The notes beneath the pieces are model-generated. The model searched no databases, had not been told where the DNA came from, and saw only the letters and a list, made by a program, of their open reading frames with translations. DNA of 61,638 bases, filler included, from Choristocarpus tenellus KU-1152 (lineage: Eukaryota; Protista; Phaeophyceae), in the NCBI GenBank assembly GCA_964200185.2. It is 9 parts of 9 records of this genome, joined end to end, with 100 filler letters (N's around TTAATTAATTAA, not from the genome) between each part and the next. Parts side by side here need not be neighbours in the genome. Positions count along the whole stretch, not along the records: positions 1 to 4,827 come from CAXNAD020012917.1; positions 4,928 to 8,690 come from CAXNAD020018078.1; positions 8,791 to 15,463 come from CAXNAD020007601.1; 6 more parts are not named here. One strand, written 5' to 3'. Positions within the stretch are counted from its first letter, which is position 1; the number at the start of each line of letters is the position of its first letter. Both the position numbers and the translations under genes were made by a program. Positions 1 through 11,779 of this stretch are shown here, one piece after another.

Positions 1-40
1 CAAATGGACAGCCGCCACCCCCTCCCAGATACTTTGAGCC
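1..40 (-). mobile_element. Terminus of a young dispersed repeat (GGCTCAAAGTATCTGGG...), truncated by the window/contig start
   Basis: Bases 1-40 are the exact reverse complement of 50719-50758. The same motif occurs at 15564-15581 (rc) and 40023-40041. Confidence 0.7.
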
Positions 41-257
41 AGACAGTCATATGCCCTATGTCTTCATTTATTTTAGATCCACCCCTCCGTATGTACACAG
101 TGACTGTTCAAGGTTCGTTTCATCAATTTCACTAGAAGTATATCCTATTTACATCTTCGTTTCATAATGATACTCCTAGACCAAAACAATTGTCCATGGT
201 ACCAACTGCTCTGAAGTGCCTCATGACAAAATATTGTTCTATACAAGTTACTCTCAC

Positions 258-3200
258 GTGATGATCTCTTTATCTACTGTACTATCAGGCGAATATCTCA
301 TTGCACACAACCTCCTCTCACATAGCGCCGAATTCTGAATCTCCACGAGCATATGCCAGGCGTTGGAAAAAGTAATACAGCTAAACACAACTGAAAGGTT
401 GACCTCGTTTGTACAGAGGAGAGTGGAAGGGGGGAGGAGTGGGCTGCAAGAATTCAAGCCGTTTTACTCATGAACAAGCAAGTTTGAAGTATTGGAGTCT
501 GTTCTCTGTTCCATTGTTTTCACGTTTGTCAGTTCCCTTCCCCATCTTCCTGTCCCCTCTTCTCTCTCATCCTAGTACCCACCTGTTCCATGTAGCCTGG
601 ACTGGCCTGCATCAAGGAAACTAGCGCCTTCACTGAGCTGGAGTTCATCCCTTTCCCCGAAAGTCTCTCTGAAAGCCTCTCTGAAAGCCTCTCTGAAAGC
701 CTCTCCATCCCCGCCCCAACAGCAACCCCATCTCTCCGACCTATATCACTGCTCTTGACCCCCAAACCATCCTCAGTTCTGCTGTCACTAAAGCTCATAC
801 CAGCCCTTGGATCCTCTTCTTCGCTGTTGCTGCAAGTATCTTCCTCTACATGATGTGGCTCAAGGCTACCATCATCTGGGCTCCTGAACGTGAGTCCAAG
901 GCTGCAGAAGCGTGTAGTATCTTCAGCTCTGGATGATTTGGAAATATCGGACAGCATCCTTGTTGCCCCACTTGCTGTGGCTATCCTCTAGTTTCCAATG
1001 TATTTTGTCGGAGAGTGCCCAGCATGTCATTGGGTTGCGAGAGTTAAGAAGGATATTATAATTGCATGGGAGGTTGAGAATGAGTGCTGAACAGAGATAG
1101 ACAACAGAGTAAATACAGGTTGGCAGTGATATTCTCACCTCGCTGTCAGGATTCCTCATGAGATTGAACAGAGTAACTGCCAGGCGATCAAGCACAACAG
1201 CACAAGATTCGTCTGTTGGGTCAGCCTGCGCCTCCATGACCATGCAACTGAGAGCTGACATTGCAACTTCACTGTGCTTGAAGGACGGTGGGAGCAGGGG
1301 GTTGACATGTGTGTGAAGGGGGGCAATCGGTTTTGAGGAGGAGTTAGCCGCCAGAGATTGTGCCCAACTCAACAAGCTCAAAATAACATACAATATTTTC
1401 TGCCATTCAGATGAAGCCTTTTCACCCACAAACATCCCCACTTGCCACTGATTAGAGATGGGATGCTCTGATATCTCAACAAGATGGAAATTGGAAGGTT
1501 GGCAATCACCAGTGTAGCAATGGGAAATCTAGTCAAACCTTGAGTCCCAGTTGCTCAAACTACACACCATCTCTGCTCTACTGTGTTGTTTTCTAACGCC
1601 AATATAAATCAATGGGGTTCCAATCATACCAGCTAACACCTCATTCTGTACGTATGGGGTTCAAAGGTGAATAACAACATATTAGAGCACACTTTTTCTC
1701 AACCTGGGCGGGCCATTAAATAGGTATCTATCGAATGCGATTTGAGTTATGAAAATATTGAACCCAAGGGAAGTGATTTGGGTAAAGATTGGGACACTTA
1801 AAAAATAATAGGTATGATTTTCTAGGATAAGGCTTGTAAGAATGAAGGTAACTCAGCCCTTGGCAGGGAAGTCAAACGGTTAGAACTCTGAGTGTAGAGC
1901 ACAGAAGTGGTATTGAAGGTGAAAAGCAGACAAAAACCAAGAAACAAGAGCAAGAAATGGAGCATAAAAGATAACTTGAGTAACAACCATACAATTCATA
2001 ACAAAGTACTTCACACAACACTTCCTTTCTGGAGTGTTGTTGATACATCTGCCAGGATTGACTTCATTTTTTGTGGGGAACTGCTGTCGTGTGTTTTGAA
2101 GCAGAAAACAACGTGAGAAGTCATAGCATGTGTGGTGCACAGATTACTTTGCAGATGTATCAATTGTCTCTCGGAGAAGTCACAAAGTGCAATGTCATGA
2201 ATCTGTTGAGGACAGCAAGGTTGAGAAAGTGGACAAGCAGTAGTGGGCATGAAACCCACTCCTTTGGAAGTAGAAAACATCCTTCCTCGGCAACAAAAAG
2301 GACATCTCATCTGGGGCACTTTGCTTCGTCTAATCAAGTGCAGCTATTACACCATAAAGTCCCCCCTGTCAAGATCACCCTTCCAATGTTTTCAAACCCG
2401 AACTAAGCTTCAATCTTACAAGATGGGAACGGTAGTGGACAAAGATATGAGACCCTAGACTGGTGGCCTCTTTGCTTGTTCATAATCCTCTGTCCTATTT
2501 CTCACACCTTGATGCCACATTGGTGCAATTTTCTGGGAAGCAACAGATATTGTGGAATATACCGGCGAGAAGTTGTGCTGGGACTTGGTTGCCCTCCCCA
2601 AAACCGGCTCCAGCTTTTTTGTTGGCAACGTGGTGTGCAGAGAACGGTGCTCTGTCACTCTCCACCCTTTCCTCTTGATCCCAGTCTCTTGAAGTAGCAG
2701 ATTCAGCCAGTTCAGTACTGGGAGGGTCCAGGTAGGGGCTGGATGGAAGCCTGCAGTACGCCTCCACCATGCTGTTCAGTACTTGTGATGAGCTCATGAG
2801 TTGGGTGCAGTGTTGATTTCTGGAGAGGTTAAAAAGGGCTGACAAGGCTTCCAGTCGGGATACCAGTGTGGAGAAAGAAGATTGCAATATTGTGACCAGA
2901 CCCTTGCTTGACCATCAAGGGAGGGACATCGGGGTATGGTGGGGGTGATGAGGAAAGAGGTTGTGGGTTCACAAAAATACTGTTCTTCTAGGCATTGAAA
3001 ATTGATGCAGCAGTTCCTTTACACTACACACCAACACATACACTTCATACACAAACAAGGAAAGACTTACTAGACATACAGCTATATATATGTTGGAGTA
3101 GTAGACATGCCTCACTCACCAACATGATCACATCTAGTAGCATCCTTTGAGATACAGAAGAATATTCCTAGGTGCTTCAAAATTTGGTACTCCGACTACT

Positions 3201-4827
3201 AAAACATGCAGAGGAAGGTTCAAAAGAGCACACACCTCAACTGCTCCTGCATCAGCAAACCATCGGAGATGATTCTCTCCACATGAGGCGTTCAGGAACA
3301 CCTTGGCACAGACAGACAATACTCCAATGGAATGGTCCTCTCCCTTGCTGTCAGATGGACCAGTGACAGTTTGACTGCAGTCACGATCCTTACAGCTATC
3401 TTGCTCCTCCTCCTCTTTTTCACATTTTCCACCAACACCTTTACAACTAGCACACTCCTCAGTATTGCATCTTCTCTGATCCCTTTCTTTGCCAACAGTT
3501 TTGTCCGTGTATTCACCTATTCTGTTACACACATCAGCGTTATTGCTCAGACTTGAACTCTTAAATTCGCCTTGAGCTTCTATAGTAGCCTGGTGCTCAG
3601 CCTTCCTGCTTGATCATGCCCAACCAACGTAGATACAGAGTCAGTGGTTGGGGTGGATTGGGAGAGGGGGTTTCATTTTGCTAGTTTTGATTAACTGTTG
3701 TGTGTCATAGAATGTAAGATGGTCCAAATTCATTGTTGGACATCATGTGCAAGGTGGATATCTAGCTCATAGACTGCCAGATACTCTTTCTAGTGAGATG
3801 GAAATGCCCTCCTATGTATGTTTGTAAGGTAAATTTAAGGCACAGGAGTAAAGAGTCGTTACGGCACCAAGGGGACCATCATATTTTCGCCTTTCTGCAA
3901 ACTCTCCCACCCCACCCTTCCAAGAATACATGTTCCACCCGGATTTCCTCAACAAAAAGGAGTTTGAGAGTGAGCTTCAGCATCTCAAAACCATATCATT
4001 CACCAAAGGACATAGCACTTGCCTCAGCTTTTACCTTTTCCCTGTTCCACTTAACCACACATACATACTTCAATTCAACACAATTTTTACCTTCAACATT
4101 ATATATTTCAACCACTCTCCTACCTGCTTTCACCTCAATGCTCAATTAACCCCCCCCTTGCCAAGCAGTGACACAACTATATATATATGTATATATTAGA
4201 GCCGTGGCCGTTCGGGGGCCAAGATCCAATGTTGCAATTTTGACGTGATTTTGGCTATTGTTTTTGTTAGGAAATGTCAATATCCTTGTTCCGAACACAA
4301 CTTTTCATAGTGTATACATTTTACCTACTTCGAAATATTTCGGAGTAGGGCAATGTCATAAAAACACATGTGAAGCCAAGTCTGAAATGGACAAACAGGA
4401 AAAAACGCGTACCCTCTAAGATATTTTCACTCACAATCACCCTCACCTACTAGAGGCCTCCCTGACTGAGTGCTTAATCAATTGAGCACAGGCCTCAAGC
4501 AAGTTTTGATCCACAACCTCCTCCAAAAACTCCCCCTCACAGCTCAGGTTATAGATAGTGCTCAGAGCAGGTAGTGATGCTCCCTTCGCTGCTGTTGCAG
4601 ATCCTCTCTTTCTCTCCCATGAATCTTTCTCCAACCCTTCTAAACATGGTAGCTTTGGTTCTTCGACTGATGTCATGAAAACGGTCCCAGTTCTCATGCT
4701 ACCATTGCCTCTTTCGATGCAGCTTGTTAGCCACGGTGCTGCCTGCTGTGCAACCAATGCCGATCTAGGAGATGGTGCATACGGATGCGCACCCCATGTT
4801 CACAAAGAGATGAACACATCCACAGCC
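258..4827 (-). CDS. Large armadillo/HEAT-repeat protein, multi-exon, partial at both ends
   Basis: Exons at about 4447-4827, 3236-3605, 2508-2902, 1139-~1450, 583-987 and 258-403. Phases are consistent at all junctions except 2508 to ~1450, where an exon may be missing. Spliced peptide AGAVE|GLVTILQSSFSTLVSRLEALSALFNLS, plus ALSTIYNLSC, VFLNASC, IFHNICC and TLFNLM, are ARM helix-3 type motifs. Confidence 0.7.
659..705 (-). repeat. Coding 12-bp tandem repeat x4 (ERLS)4 inside an ARM-gene exon
   Basis: GAAAGCCTCTCT x4 on the + strand, in frame on the - strand. Confidence 0.9.
1990..2116 (+). mobile_element. Possible decayed LINE endonuclease fragment in an intron
   Basis: Peptide FWSVVDTSARIDFIFC resembles the APE-domain SRID(Y/F)IF motif. 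The surrounding frame is broken. Confidence 0.3.
4198..4433 (+). repeat. Dispersed repeat family A, copy 1 (intronic, next to a (TA)n tract)
   Basis: Collinear similarity over ~220 bp to 4928-5158, which lies on a different contig. Confidence 0.8.
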
Positions 4828-4927
4828 NNNNNNNNNNNNNNNNNNNNNNNNNNNNNNNNNNNNNNNNNNNNTTAATTAATTAANNNNNNNNNNNNNNNNN
4901 NNNNNNNNNNNNNNNNNNNNNNNNNNN
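4828..4927. other. Artificial contig linker
   Basis: N44-TTAATTAATTAA-N44 (stops in all six frames). Confidence 0.98.
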
Positions 4928-5158
4928 GGGGTCAAAATCCAATGTTGTGATTTTGATGTAATTTTGGCTATTGTGTTTATTAGGAAGTGTCAATATCCAT
5001 GTTTCGGACACACCTTTCATAAGGTATACCTTTTACCTACTCCGAAACATTTTGGAGTCGGCAAATGTCATAAAAAAAAAACCTTTATGGGAAGCCAAGC
5101 CCCACAAATGGACAAACAAACAGGGAAGAATTCGTACCTTCTAAGATAGTTTCACTCA
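4928..5158 (+). repeat. Dispersed repeat family A, copy 2
   Basis: Matches 4215-4433, with shared blocks ATCCAATGTTG, ATTTTGGCTATTG, TGTCAATATCC, TTTTACCTACT, AATGTCATAAAAA, AAATGGACAAACA and TCTAAGATA. Confidence 0.8.
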
Positions 5159-5786
5159 TTAACAAAAAAGTATATATTGGATAAAAAAAAAAGTAATCGA
5201 TTTGTTTCTACTACGTACGGAGGAAGAGAGGTTAGGGTTAGGGTTAGGGGGTTGTATGATAAGTTTTTTTTAAGAGTTTTGTTAGAGAGATATTTGCGTT
5301 TTTGCGCCTACCCCCGAAATACATTATCTTCTTTATTATTATTTTGTTTTATTTTGTTTGGGAGGAAGTCTGTGTAGTAAGTTGTAGGGAATGAAGAATA
5401 GTAGTAAGTGTAATAGAAGCTCAGACTCCATTATTGTGGTGTTCTTGCTCTTGTATCACTATCTTTTTTTAGAGTCATTACTTGTGTTGTGTGTGTGTTG
5501 TGTGTTGTAGTGTGTTTATTGTACAGTCTGAACTGGGTAGTATAAGTTCGTGTGAGGAGTGGGGGTAGAGAGGGTTCATGGTGATCATTGCGATCGATCC
5601 CTCACTCCTCTGTCACCTACAGTGAGTACCTTTGTTTGTCAATACCCTGTATTGCCGTACCACATCTCTTGTGGTTCAGTGTACCTTGTTTTGGTAAAGG
5701 TGGCTGTTATTACTCTGTGTATTATTATTGTTGCTGTTATTCCTGTCTGGTATGAAACTGATAAGTTTTGTTTTATGTTTATTTTT

Positions 5787-6002
5787 TATATATTTTTGTA
5801 CTGTCGGTTACATTTTTTATTTATTAAAATATTTTGTATGATCGGTTACATTATTTTTATATATTTTTGTACTGTCGGTCACATTTTTTATTTATTAAAA
5901 TATTTTGTACGATCGGTTACATTATTTTTATATATATTTGTACTGTCGGTCACATTTTTTATTTATTAAAATATTTTGTACGATCGGTTACATTATTTTT
6001 AT
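5787..6002. repeat. AT-rich minisatellite, ~70-bp unit made of two related subunits, ~3 copies
   Basis: Repeated TTTGTACTGTCGGTYACATTTTTT and ATTTTGTAYGATCGGTTACATTATTTT. Confidence 0.85.
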
Positions 6003-6710
6003 TTGGTGAGTGACGTCAGCCTGCAGACTTCGTGTTATTTCAGAGAAGAAAGGAGATTCATGTAGACACACACGATAGTGTTCCTATTACTAACGTTTGT
6101 TATCGTCTCCGTTCTTTTGTTCCTAGTACAATTTTTTTTTAAGCTACCCCCCCCCCCCCCCCCCCCCCCCCCCCTTTTTTTTTTTCCCCTCCCCCCCGTC
6201 TTTTTTTTTCGTCCCCTTTTTTTTTTTCCTTTTTCATTTTTTTTTTTACCCCCCCCCCCCCCCCCCCGCCACTACTTTTTATTTACTGCACTCTGCCGTG
6301 CTTGTTTTTTTTTAATTATTATTTTGAGTCCCTAACCCTAACCTCGTCATGACCTTTCTGTTAGTGAATTTCAGAACGAATATATGCGTACATAGAGTAA
6401 GTAGTAAGTGGTGTATTTTTAAAATATGTGTGTGAGAATATTACAACACAAGATAAGATGCTTAATATATATTTTTTAATATTATGATGTAACCTCAATT
6501 TTTTGTATCTTTTGTTGTCAAGGAAAAATAAAAAAAGGATGCAATTTTTTTAATCTACACTCGTGGTAGTAAATATATTTTTTTATCACAGATGACGAAA
6601 CCCCTTTCCGACCCCCTCCCCCCCCAAAAAAAAAATTAAAAAATCTAATTGGTTCTCTTTCTGATATGGTACATATGTGTATCCTTATTACAAAATGCGA
6701 ACACAAACAG

Positions 6711-8075
6711 GGTGAAGCTGATTTTCAGGCCGCAGATTTCTGGTCCCTCGGATTGGGAACCCCATTTCCCATCAGTGGAATACACGGCAGTGGGGTGAGC
6801 GACTTCCCTAACCCTAACCTTAAACTTGATTTGATTTGATGTGATGTGATGTTACATGTAGCGCCTGATTATTGATATTATTATTGTTATTAGTATTGAT
6901 ATTATTGATATTATTACTGTCAAGACTACGATAGTAACAGCACGATACTTCAATTTGAACCATGAACCATGATCATGAACCAAGGACCAAGGACCAAGAA
7001 CCATAAACCAAGGACCATGAACCATGAACCCCGTTGGTGGCTGGTTCTTTGCATTGGTTTTATATTTTTTGTTTGGGGTCCCTTCGGAGGCAGTGTAGTA
7101 TATCCCTCCCTCTCTATTCGTGTCTGAAGCGAACCGACTCTATTATTGTTTTTTTATGTTATTATTATTTTGTTTTTTGTTGTGATGTACCGACTCTATT
7201 TTCATTTTTATGTTTATTATTATTATTATTATTATTTTAATAATGTTTTGTTTGTCGTGATATACCTGACCCCAACGTTCTTTTTTTCATTAAAAAAAAA
7301 AATTGTGGCGAGGTACAGAGACACATTTTTTTTCTTTGACTCTTTTGAAGCGTAATATAATGTTGACACTTAACCTTTCCGGAATAGTGCCCGTATTGAA
7401 CCCCTATGTTAGTGAGGTTGTTGCCAAATTGGTGGGTATCCCAATGTTTTGCAAAGGGTTAGGGTTGGGGGGGCTGGGAACGTACCCACCATAGTCTGTT
7501 GGCAATCACCCCCTGTTAGTTAGTGTGGTCTACTCAAGCAGTTGTCCTTTTTAGTCTTTTGTGTTTTTTCTACTTGTGTTTTGTCATTGAGCCTGTGCCC
7601 CAGACAGGCCAGTTGCATTCTATCTCAATGCTTGACGCATTCTACACACATCTGTCCCTTTATCATACAGCTAACCCTTTATCCCTCGAATATGTGTGTA
7701 TGTATGATGTTTAGTCTCTTGTACTGTGCTACACACGTTGGGATGTATGATGTGCTTGGACTGGTTGGCTCTATGTAGAGTGCCTCTCATGTTTAGGTTG
7801 ATCAATCAATCAATCAATCAGGCAATTAGTTAATTAATCAATCGATCAATGAAACAATCAATTAATCCTCTCCTCTTCCATCCTCGTGTCCAGATCACCA
7901 CACGGTGTCGGCAAGCACGCTTCCTTGTTCGGAACTCCACTACGTTGACAGGATTTTTTTTTAAGTTTTGTTGTGGTTTGTTGTAGTGGACTACTCAACT
8001 CTCTAGGGTCTTTACTTAGGGGTCTCTTCACGATTTTCGTTGTTCTTGATTTTCTCTTAAATTTTGTTCCTTGTA

Positions 8076-8106
<31 letters not shown>

Positions 8107-8517
8107 CGTATCAATAGAGAGACAGTACAAAACAGTATGGAGTGCTGCAGACACAGCGTCAGTGTTGCAGACCCCGACACACTTTTTATTTGTGGTATAC
8201 CTCGGTAATGTCATCCGTAATGGTTCGCTGGTTCCCCCCAGCTGTGTACTGTTGGAGTGAATCTGTGATTCGTTTTTTGGTTCTGAGAATCGTTTTTTGT
8301 CGGTGATCTCTTCTCTTTGGGTATTTTATGTTTTGACTTTATCCTGTTTGTTTTTTTTTAAATTAAATATTATTTTTTGCTGCTTTTAATGTTATCGATG
8401 GTGGCAGATATACGACATGATGGATGAAGTTGTGAAGTGCTTTCCGGAGGAAGAAGCGCTCCAGGAGGAGGAGGACATCATCAATGTTGCCATTGTGGGG
8501 AGGCCTAATGTTGGAAA
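6711..8517 (+). CDS. der: Ribosome biogenesis GTPase Der/EngA (organellar type), two internal exons 6711-6794 and 8408-8517
   Basis: GEADFQAADFWSLGLGTPFPISGIHGSG | IYDMMDEVVKCFPEEEALQEEEDIINVAIVGRPNVGK: end of G-domain 1, acidic linker and P-loop of G-domain 2. AG/GT borders are in phase. Confidence 0.9.
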
Positions 8518-8690
8518 GTGAGATGATTCTTTTAATCACTATTTGTTGTTACTTTTGTTATTTTTATTATTACTATTACTATTGTTATTAATACTATTAT
8601 TATTGTTATGGACTTTTTGTTTTTTATTTTATTTTATTTTTCTGTTTTGATTTTTTTAGAGTGGGGTTTGTGGTATTTTTTTTTTTTAAT

Positions 8691-8790
8691 NNNNNNNNNN
8701 NNNNNNNNNNNNNNNNNNNNNNNNNNNNNNNNNNTTAATTAATTAANNNNNNNNNNNNNNNNNNNNNNNNNNNNNNNNNNNNNNNNNNNN
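8691..8790. other. Artificial contig linker
   Basis: N44-TTAATTAATTAA-N44. Confidence 0.98.
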
Positions 8791-9117
8791 GGGGGGGATT
8801 GGGGGGGGGGGGGGCCCCCACCAGCGGGGGGGGGGGGGGGGGGGGGGGGCAGTGCACAGCGAGTTGAAGTAGTGGGGCAGGTGGTGAAGCGATTCAGGGT
8901 ACAGTGTAAACAAGAAGGATGACAAAACGCCTAGCACATTACGATTTTTACGTGTAAAAATATATATATATTTAATTAAATTTACATGCAAACGCCAACT
9001 ACTCTGCGGGTTATTTGCTGTTACAACTATTGTACTCTACCATTAAAAGATCTAAAAAGGGAATCGGGGTGTGTCAAGGCGGTCCAAATCCAAACATAAT
9101 GGCATAAATTGAATGTT

Positions 9118-11463
9118 TCAGATGACAAGCGACCCAAAGTCACCCTCCAGGGTTTCCTCCTTAACACTGCTGCAGCCCCTTTGTTGATCTGCTGGCTTAG
9201 CCCTAGCTGTCTTGAGCTCCTTTTTTCGGCAGCAGTCCTTATACTTCACCCCGCTACCACAGGGGCAGCTCGCAGCCCGAGGAACTTTACCATCTCTTCC
9301 CCCTCGTGAGGAAGAGGATGACTTATTCCCCTTGGAAGTGGAAGGGCTCTTTCCCCTCTCCCCGCCATCATCTTTTGCATCGTGAGTAACTAACCCCAGT
9401 GCAAGGACACTACTGTCCTTGTCGCTCCGCGAAGAGTCTTTTCTTGAAGACCTTGCTGTCACTTTAGATTCCTTCTGGTGGGATTGCCGATTTTCTCCCT
9501 TCAAACTCGAGGTGGAGTTGCTTCCACCCCCCAAGCCTCGCCGTTGGCCTTCTCTGCCCCCCTCGCCTACACAGGCAAGGTAGGGGGACCCCAGTATGAG
9601 GGGCGTGGCAGGGCCTGTGTCACTATCACTGTTAGCACGAACACTATTGTAGTGGTACTCTCCATGATACGACAGACTAAAGCTCCTGTGTCCTGCAAGG
9701 ACATTTTGGATCTCAAACCGAGGTGCTTGAAATTGGTGAACAAGGATGTTGACCTCAACAACAAACACAGGAATGGGGGTGGCATCAAGTAGAATCAGTG
9801 GGACCATATGCTCTGGATAAGCTGTGTGGCCTCTTGGAAAGGGGTTTAGTGTGTGATAAATACTTTCCATTTTATTCATATGGGGAGTTGGGAGTTAGTA
9901 CAAGTTTGAGAATAAATAAAATGGACTATGCACCAGGATCACAGAGAAAAACTAACAAACATACACATCCTCATTTCATGATTGCCAGAGGGGGCACATA
10001 CTAAGTAGATTAAGCTAGCAGGGATGGGTGGGGCTGATTGGTAAGTTTTACCTCCCTTCCACACCATTCCACACAAGCGTTGGACTCGGTCTGCTCCTCA
10101 CACATAAGTGGTTAAGTCCTGCATCTCATTAGCATAGTAATGAGATAATCCCCAAGTGCAACCTCGTTTTAACAAGAAACTAATCATTAGGTCAGGTTAG
10201 AATGCCTAAGAGGGGCAAGGCTGCAAGCATGAGGTAGCTATTGCGTTTGGTCAATCCAATTTAATTTGTACGTCCAGTCTAAGGGTTAGGGTTAGGGTTA
10301 GGGTTACTCTACACATGTTAGATAATAAAAGAACAGGAACCTGAAAGGCATCTTCCAAAACTGACTTTTCGTTACTTAGGACACGTTCAACACAGGGGGG
10401 TATAGAGTAATTGTAGGAGATTGACATTTTTCTTTTTCTATGGCAACATACAACACAGACACTGCACACATTTAAGGACAAACTTCACACTGGCACACAC
10501 CTAGTCAGCACAGGAAGAGACCCATCAATCTAACAGAGCACATTTAACCTAGAAAGGTGCTTACTCATCCCATTGTCTGGACAAAGTGTTGAGACAGGGT
10601 GGTGCCTCAAGTCTTACAGGTCCAAGTCTTGTACTGACTCCACTCACAATGAAATAGTTTTTTTAAGCTAGATCTCCCCACCATAACGATTTCTTCAATT
10701 CACCTTCAATAATTGACTTGCAGCGAAAAGTTCCTGGTGACCCCCCCACTCCCCATTCCGCCGCAAGCGTTTGATGTAGGCATCAAACGGCTCATCATCT
10801 TCCATATACGGCTCAAACGTATCCCTATTCTTCTCCATGTAGTCCATGATCTGGGGCGTCGGGATCGACACATTGTAGAATCTATGCTAGGCTTGTCAAA
10901 CAAAGGTCTACAGACCCTTCATTGCGAACACATGGCCCCTTGCTCGATTACTTAGCAGTAGAGTGCTATGCTTTTGCAGGCCACAAATTTGTAACACACC
11001 TTCTGCCTGACATCAACGTGTTCGTGCTGTTTGCCCTCCAGCTGGTCCGCTATACTGCGAAATAAACAATTTCCATCGCCTGTGATGTACTTGATCCTTC
11101 CACCCAACTTTCTCACCTTTAGCCAAAGCAAGCGTGAAATTATGACAATAACATCAGCTTTATAATATGCCGTAACTACGACAAAAAAAAAGACTGAGGT
11201 TATCAGTCCTGTTTACATTCATCAAAAGAAGAAGTACACCACTGTTAAAAAAAAGGAATCCGCACCTGATCCGCGAATATCTTGTCCTCATCAGCCGAGA
11301 TGTGCTTCTCCTGCGCCTCTCGTTGTCTTTGATGTTTCAGCCTTGATCTCTCCGCCCTTTCATCCTTCTTGCTTGGCAAATCTTCACTTTTCTTTTTCCC
11401 TCCATCTGTTAAGGATGCTTGCTTTCCAACCTTCTTAGCAGGTTTTCCCTTGCTCTTCCCCAT
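9118..11463 (-). CDS. OTU-family deubiquitinase (OTUD3-like) with C-terminal SEC-C zinc motif; 4 exons (11266-11463, 11000-11116, 10704-10850, 9118-9753), ~365 aa
   Basis: Catalytic GDGNCLFRSIADQL, middle motif GEWGGHQEL, His box LSYHGEYHYNSVR and SEC-C CPCGSGVKYKDCC. All introns are phase 0 GT-AG. Confidence 0.93.
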
Positions 11464-11779
11464 GTCTCAAGCCCGCCCACCCTATCTTTGTTTTTCTTGT
11501 TAAGCATATATGATTGATCGAGGGAGTGTTTGTCTTGAGGTCTTCACATCTCACGAGAACAATGTAAAGAGGGACTCGAGGAAGAAGGGGGATAGAAAAC
11601 AATCAGTTCAGTCTGCAATCTAAGGAAGGAGAAAAGGGAGATCCAGTGGAAAGATATCCTAGCAAACAACTGAACAGGAGTAAGTGTGAAGGTGAGTGAG
11701 TTGATTTCATTTCAACATAAAGAACCAGAAGGCGTTGTTGCAATATAGCGCGCAGCATCGCGCACTGAAGTCACCACCA

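Noticed and set aside
3850-4041. Exon-like minus-strand frame with an in-frame TGA at 3996-3998 (possible selenocysteine or recoding)
   Set aside because: The flanking ARM exons (donor 4446, acceptor before 3605) join in phase without it, and a GT donor precedes the TGA. It is most likely intronic.
4872-4883. TTAATTAATTAA palindrome repeated eight times
   Set aside because: It is always centred in a 100-nt N spacer, so it is an assembly linker and not biology.
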